Both the position numbers and the translations under genes were made by a program. 64,000 nt of DNA from positions 18,718 to 82,717 of the forward strand of contig JBNKLI010000067.1 of assembly GCA_050292275.1 (NCBI GenBank), in the 5' to 3' direction. Position 1 is the first letter of the stretch. The number at the start of each line of letters is the position of its first letter. Source of the stretch: Candidatus Thiodiazotropha sp. GTDB lineage: Bacteria; Pseudomonadota; Gammaproteobacteria; Chromatiales; Chromatiaceae. Below the pieces are notes generated by a model that ran no database searches, had not been told where the DNA came from, and saw only the letters and a list, made by a program, of their open reading frames with translations. Below are positions 58,760-64,000 of this stretch, in pieces.

Positions 58760-61096
58760 TCAGGTTTCGATGCAGAGTTTACGGGGCGCAAGAAAAAATT
58801 CCGCGAAATCATCCGCCGGCAATGCGGGGTTACAGAGATAACCTTGATACAGATGGCATTGCGCAGCATTCAGGAATTGATACTGCTCGCAGGTCTCCAC
58901 TCCTTCGGCGACGATCTGGAGGTTGAATTTCTTGGCGATGGCAATGATCGTTTCGACCAGCATCGCGTCATCCTCGTCATCCACCAAGTCCTGGGTGAAG
59001 CTGCGGTCGATCTTCAGCGTCGTGAACGGCAGCTTCTTCAGATATGAGAGCGAGGCATAACCGGTACCGAAATCGTCGATTGCGATCCCTATACCCTGGT
59101 CCCGCAGCCATTGCATCTTGCGCACCGTATCGGTGGTTTTTTCGATCATCACCGATTCGGTCAGCTCCAGCACGATGACCCCGGGATCGACGCCGTGCGA
59201 CATGATGGTTTCGATAACCCGGTCCGGATAGTCGTTCTGTCTGAATTGCAGGGTACTGACGTTGATCGCGATCTGTTCCATCGCCGCCATTTCGGGAAAA
59301 ATGAGTTGCCACTGCTTCAACTGCCGGCAGGCAGTCTCCAGTACCCACTGTCCCAGGGGCATGATCAGGCCGGTCTCCTCGGCAAGCTCCACCACCTCGT
59401 TCGGAGGGAGATAGCCACGTTCCGGATGGTTCCAGCGCAACAGGGCCTCGGCTCCGACGATACGGTTGTCGTCGAAGGCCACCACGGGTTGATAGTGGAG
59501 CTCCAGTGTATCCCGCTCCAGGGCTTGACGCAGATCGTTCTCCAGCTGCAAACGGCTCTTGATCCAGCGATCCATCTCGATCTGATAAAAACTGGTTTTT
59601 CCGCGCCCCTCCTTTTTTGCCTGATACATGGCCGTATCCGCATGTTTGAGCAGGTTGTCCGGGTCGGAGTTGCCGGCATCGGTCATGGCCACGCCGATGC
59701 TGGTAGTGGAGTTGAGTTGATGACCCATGATTTCAAAGGGGGTGGCCAGTTCCTGATGAACTTTCTCGGCAACATGTTCGGCTTTGGTCGAAGCGGTTGT
59801 AGACGAATCGCCGAGATCGGGGAGTAGAATCACGAATTCGTCTCCTCCAAGTCGAGCAACGAAATCCTCTTCGCGAAGGATTTTTTTCAGGCGGGCCGCG
59901 GTCTCTCTGAGCAGTTCGTCGCCGACTGCATGTCCCAGGGAGTCGTTGATCTTTTTGAAATGGTCCAGGTCGAGGAACAGCAGTGCGGCAATCTCGCCAT
60001 GACGTTTGAAGCGGATGGTGCAGTGACGTAGCTGTTCCATCAGGGTTACCCGGTTGGGGATCTCCGTCAGGGTGTCGTAATAGGCCTGACGGCGTATCTT
60101 CTCTTGTGCGATCATACGCTCGGTGATATCCGTGACTATCCCTATGCCACCGATAAGTTCGCGTTGGGCATCGAGGACGGGCACGCTGCGCAGGGTGACA
60201 AAAATGTCGGATGTGGACAGCGTGGTCATATACCCGCCTTCATAATGCCCCTCCTGACGTTCGAGCACAGCCTTGACGGCCGGCAGTACCCGCTTATCGG
60301 TCAATGTGTTCATATCCAGCCCGATCACCTGTTCCATGGGCGCGCGCAGGATGGTGCTGAATTCCTGATTGGATTCCAGAATGTGCAAATCGGTGTCGTA
60401 GAAGAAGATGCCCACCGGCGCTTCGCGAAATATCATACCGAAGCGCTCCTCGCTCAAGGCAAGCTGCTGCTGAGCCTTGGCGAAGAGGATGCCGGACCTG
60501 AGAGTGTTTACGAAATCCTGATTGTAGCGCTTGGATATGACCAGCAGCATACCCAAGAAGATCGTTACCAGGGCGGCGATTGTGGCATGGTGGTATGTCT
60601 GCTCCAGAAGCAGCCTGAGCGCCAACGGAAGAAGCATCAGAACCAGTAGGATACGCAGTGAACCGGGCATGGCGGAGAGGGTGTTCATGGCCCCGGCACT
60701 CATGCCTGCAAAGACTACCAGCAAGACTGACTGCGCGTAGAAATTATCCGGTACGAAGAAGATTACGGTGGCGCTTCCGAAGAGTACAGATGCCAGCACA
60801 ACCCCGCCGACGAAACGATGTTCCCATTCCGTCAGGGTATGGCGGGTGGGGTGCCGCTCAAACTGCAGGGCAGTCCCATAGCGCCAGAAACTGACCGCCG
60901 CGACCAGCATGACCCAAATCACGATTACGGAATGTTCAACATCTCCCCACAGGAGAAAGGCCAGTACCATAGCGTTGAGAATTGTCGCCAGCATCGATAC
61001 CCGGAGCTGGGAATAGGCGTGTTTGACCAGTCCTTCCTTGAGTTTCTGAATCTCATTCGCTTCAAATGCGACACTGGTTGGAGTGACGAACGACAT
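58760..61096 (-). CDS. Membrane-anchored PAS-GGDEF-EAL c-di-GMP enzyme
   Basis: Multi-TM N-terminus, PAS, intact GGDEF with RxxD I-site (REED), EALLRW and DDFGTGY motifs. Confidence 0.95.
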   Translation of the reverse strand: MSFVTPTSVAFEANEIQKLKEGLVKHAYSQLRVSMLATILNAMVLAFLLWGDVEHSVIVIWVMLVAAVSFWRYGTALQFERHPTRHTLTEWEHRFVGGVVLASVLFGSATVIFFVPDNFYAQSVLLVVFAGMSAGAMNTLSAMPGSLRILLVLMLLPLALRLLLEQTYHHATIAALVTIFLGMLLVISKRYNQDFVNTLRSGILFAKAQQQLALSEERFGMIFREAPVGIFFYDTDLHILESNQEFSTILRAPMEQVIGLDMNTLTDKRVLPAVKAVLERQEGHYEGGYMTTLSTSDIFVTLRSVPVLDAQRELIGGIGIVTDITERMIAQEKIRRQAYYDTLTEIPNRVTLMEQLRHCTIRFKRHGEIAALLFLDLDHFKKINDSLGHAVGDELLRETAARLKKILREEDFVARLGGDEFVILLPDLGDSSTTASTKAEHVAEKVHQELATPFEIMGHQLNSTTSIGVAMTDAGNSDPDNLLKHADTAMYQAKKEGRGKTSFYQIEMDRWIKSRLQLENDLRQALERDTLELHYQPVVAFDDNRIVGAEALLRWNHPERGYLPPNEVVELAEETGLIMPLGQWVLETACRQLKQWQLIFPEMAAMEQIAINVSTLQFRQNDYPDRVIETIMSHGVDPGVIVLELTESVMIEKTTDTVRKMQWLRDQGIGIAIDDFGTGYASLSYLKKLPFTTLKIDRSFTQDLVDDEDDAMLVETIIAIAKKFNLQIVAEGVETCEQYQFLNAAQCHLYQGYLCNPALPADDFAEFFLAPRKLCIET

Positions 61097-61207
61097 GGAT
61101 CTCTTTTTACCTGTGGTTGGATTTGGAATTCTTCCTGGGCGTGGTTGCCTGCTTTTACCCGGCAGCCGAAGACGCTGAAAACCATGCGACTTGTAACTAG
61201 TACCTCT

Positions 61208-61222
61208 ATTGTAGATTACAAT
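61208..61222. promoter_or_regulatory. Candidate operator palindrome in the divergent intergenic region
   Basis: ATTGTA-GAT-TACAAT, roughly midway between the two divergent starts. Confidence 0.3.
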
Positions 61223-61323
61223 TGCACTACGTATTCGGTGAAAAGGTTCTCAGAAACGGGGATGATAGAAGGGATTGAAACAACATATACTATCAGCTAC
61301 TTGGAAATAAAAACATAAGGCGA

Positions 61324-63792
61324 ATGAGCATGTCTTGTTTTAGAAACGCCGTCCAGCCGCTGTTATTGTCCTGCTTCCTCGCATCATGCGGATCGGGGGG
61401 AGGTGGCGACAACTCCACCGATCCATCCGCTGCCGATACTGAAGCGCCAACCGCCGTTTCAAACCTGTCAGACTCGAGCACTGGCCTCTCTGTGACGCTG
61501 ACCTGGAGCGCCGCCACCGACAACGTCGGCATCGACTATTATCAGATAACGCGTAATGGTACCACCGTCGGGACCACCACAACTACATCCTTCACCGACA
61601 GCTCGGTGAGTGAAAACACCGACTATACCTATCAAGTCTCCGCTTACGATGCCGCCGGCAATGCCGGTTCGGCATTATCGATAGCTGTATCCGTGCCGGC
61701 CAACAGCGGCTCAGAGGGGCTAAAGGCGTTTCCCTCCGCGGAGGGTTTCGGTTCGAATGCCAGCGGTGGCCGCAACGGGCAGGTGGTCAAGGTAACCAAT
61801 CTCAATTCCGGCGGCACAGGCAGTCTGCAGGCGGCGTTGGATCTCGATCTGCCTCGCATCATCGTGTTCGAGGTCAGCGGAGTCATCGAGGGCGATATTC
61901 TGATTCCCTATGGAAATGTCACTATCGCCGGTCAGACTGCGCCGGGAGCCGGTATAACCATCCATGGACGGTTAACCTGCCAGTACAGCGACGCACCCGA
62001 CAACATCATTGTTCGCCATATTCGCATACGCGCCGATCATTCGACCAATCCGGGAGTGGCAGGCGAACAGTACGATGGGATTCAGTGTTCCAGAAGTTCG
62101 AATCTGATCTTCGATCATATCTCCGTCTCGGGCGGAGTGGATGAAACGCTCGATATTTATGCGGCCACGGATGTGACTCTCCAGTGGTCGAGCGTGAGCC
62201 GCGCCGCTACCAGCGGGCACCCTGAGGGCAATCATAATTACGGAGTGATCAATGGTCCGGACGGTGCCAGAGTCAGCATCCATCACAATCTGTTTGCCCA
62301 TAACGGCAATCGGAACCCGGCGCTCGCCAATGGGCCGGCCGAAATCGTCAATAACGTCGTCTATAACGTACGTCACGGTTTCGTTCACCATAATCCGGCG
62401 ACCGGTGATTTCAATGTCATCGGCAACTACTACAAACAGGGGCCGGAAGACTCGCTGCATCCCTTCTTTTTCGATGATGAGAACACCGGTGGCGGTACTC
62501 CCCGGCTTAGCTATTATCTCGAAGACAACTATGTCGACGATCCGGGCGATTATGTAGGCAGTGTCGACAACCCCTGGCTCACTCCCTTCGTACACAGTAG
62601 TTTCGAGGGTATCGACTGGGGCTGGGACTCGAGCGTCGCCCGCTCAGCCGGCAAGCATGTCTTTACCCAACAGATTGGCACTATCTATGATGCACAGATC
62701 AATTATGATCTGGTGTTGAGCCGGGCCGGGGCCTTCCCGAGAGACCTGATCGACAACGACAACCAGGTCGAAGTGAACAGTCGGACCGGGTCCTGGGGCG
62801 CACGAATACCATCGGATCTGATGCAGGGTCTTAGCGTAGCAGCTCCACCTGTTGACACAGACGACGATGGCATGCCGGACGCCTGGGAAGAGAGTCATGG
62901 TCTGTCAAATACCACTGATGACCACAACCGCGTCATGGCCACAGGCTATACAGCCATCGAAGCGTATATCAATGAGCTGGCCGATCAACTGATCAACGGC
63001 GGCAGCAACCAGACCAACGATCCGCAAACGCTTGATGTCAATGTCGGCCCGGTGACCGGTGGCAACTGGTATCGCCCCGGTGTCGATACGACCTGGGCCT
63101 GGCAACTACAAGGTGCCTTGAACAGCGGCTATTCAGTGGATCTCTACGACATTGATCTGTTCGATACCTCCGCCGCCACCATTGCCGCGCTACAGGCGGA
63201 CGGACACAGAGTGCTCTGCTATTTCTCCGCGGGCAGTTACGAAAACTGGCGTGAGGATGCCTCCGCTTTTCAGGCGGCGGACCTGGGCAACACCTTGAGT
63301 GGATACGACGATGAGCGCTGGCTGGATATCCGTTCCAGCAGCGTGTTTGCGATCATGCTGGCGAGGCTGGACCTGGCGGTCAGCAAGGGCTGTGACGGCG
63401 TCGAGCCGGACAACATGACCGGCTACCAGGAGAGTAGCGGTTTCACCCTGAATGCGAACGATCAACTGGCGTTCAATCGCAATCTGTTCAATGCCGCGCA
63501 CAACCGGGGCCTGACGGTGGCGTTGAAGAACGACCTGGAACAGGTCGCAGAACTGATCGACTATGCCGACCTGATGGTCAATGAGCAGTGTCATCAATTC
63601 AGCGAGTGCCACCTTGTGCTGCCATTCATCACTGCAGGCAAGCCCGTACTCAATGCCGAATACCTTGCGAGCTATCAAAACAATCCAAACACGGTTTGTG
63701 CCGATGCGCGCCAGGCCGATATCCGAACCCTGGTCCTGTCGGTTGATCTGGATGATTCATTCTATTTCAACTGTGATACGGATTACCCCTGA
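61324..63792 (+). CDS. Lipoprotein: FN3 + PL1 pectate-lyase-like + GH114 endo-alpha-1,4-polygalactosaminidase-like domains
   Basis: Lipobox LASC; FN3 (DTEAPT..VTLTWSAATDNVG..YTYQVSAYDAAGN); PL1 (AFPSAEGFG..GGR, TIAGQTAPG, IFDH, HHNLFAH..RNP, D.DGMPDAWE); GH114 (WAWQL, DIDLFD, CYFSAGSYENWR, KGCDGVEPDN, LKND, NEQC). Confidence 0.9.
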   Translation: MSMSCFRNAVQPLLLSCFLASCGSGGGGDNSTDPSAADTEAPTAVSNLSDSSTGLSVTLTWSAATDNVGIDYYQITRNGTTVGTTTTTSFTDSSVSENTDYTYQVSAYDAAGNAGSALSIAVSVPANSGSEGLKAFPSAEGFGSNASGGRNGQVVKVTNLNSGGTGSLQAALDLDLPRIIVFEVSGVIEGDILIPYGNVTIAGQTAPGAGITIHGRLTCQYSDAPDNIIVRHIRIRADHSTNPGVAGEQYDGIQCSRSSNLIFDHISVSGGVDETLDIYAATDVTLQWSSVSRAATSGHPEGNHNYGVINGPDGARVSIHHNLFAHNGNRNPALANGPAEIVNNVVYNVRHGFVHHNPATGDFNVIGNYYKQGPEDSLHPFFFDDENTGGGTPRLSYYLEDNYVDDPGDYVGSVDNPWLTPFVHSSFEGIDWGWDSSVARSAGKHVFTQQIGTIYDAQINYDLVLSRAGAFPRDLIDNDNQVEVNSRTGSWGARIPSDLMQGLSVAAPPVDTDDDGMPDAWEESHGLSNTTDDHNRVMATGYTAIEAYINELADQLINGGSNQTNDPQTLDVNVGPVTGGNWYRPGVDTTWAWQLQGALNSGYSVDLYDIDLFDTSAATIAALQADGHRVLCYFSAGSYENWREDASAFQAADLGNTLSGYDDERWLDIRSSSVFAIMLARLDLAVSKGCDGVEPDNMTGYQESSGFTLNANDQLAFNRNLFNAAHNRGLTVALKNDLEQVAELIDYADLMVNEQCHQFSECHLVLPFITAGKPVLNAEYLASYQNNPNTVCADARQADIRTLVLSVDLDDSFYFNCDTDYP

Positions 63793-64000
63793 GGTTTTCG
63801 ACAGGAGGAAATCCATATTCCTTGTCGGTGTTTTGGATTAAGTCCGCTATTGCAACTACTCGCCTGCTGTGCGAAAAAAAAGCAGCCAAACTGAGCGCAC
63901 GGCACCCGGCACGGGATGCGGCCACCAGGGGGTGAGTAGATACCCGCTATCTACAAAATCTGTTACAGGCGGTATTATTCCGCCTGCTTGAACGTGAAAA

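Overview
Chromosomal segment of a gammaproteobacterium. Gene content and style resemble Chromatiales/Sedimenticolaceae sulfur oxidisers such as Ca. Thiodiazotropha, but this is an inference only. The core scaffold is gltX (partial)-glnS-tRNA-Ala(GGC)-cvpA-purF, yebC-ruvCAB-ybgC-tolQRAB-pal-cpoB-queE-queC, plus trhP, ygfZ and an RNase II-family gene. Accessory modules are interleaved: (i) O2-independent ubiquinone genes ubiT and ubiUV, with ubiUV co-transcribed with two radical-SAM genes behind a well-placed FNR-type promoter; (ii) a visibly AT-richer TonB receptor / periplasmic binding protein / BarA(GacS)-like kinase / murI operon; (iii) a secreted tetraheme cytochrome whose motif order matches Geobacter OmcE (a filament-forming nanowire cytochrome), flanked by a rhamnosyltransferase-like GT2, a TIGR03790 protein, an M1 peptidase and a ChaN-PDZ protein; (iv) an asnB-ACP-acyl-ligase-nadE-like carrier-protein cluster; (v) a lipoprotein fusing FN3, PL1 pectate lyase and GH114 domains, divergent from a PAS-GGDEF-EAL gene. 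Eight identical GTAG-family REPs form four REPIN-like doublets, two of them inside a diverged 287-bp tandem duplication. Other palindromic repeat families are also present. No CRISPR array, rRNA, integrase or transposase was seen. All family assignments come from motif recognition by eye, not database searches.
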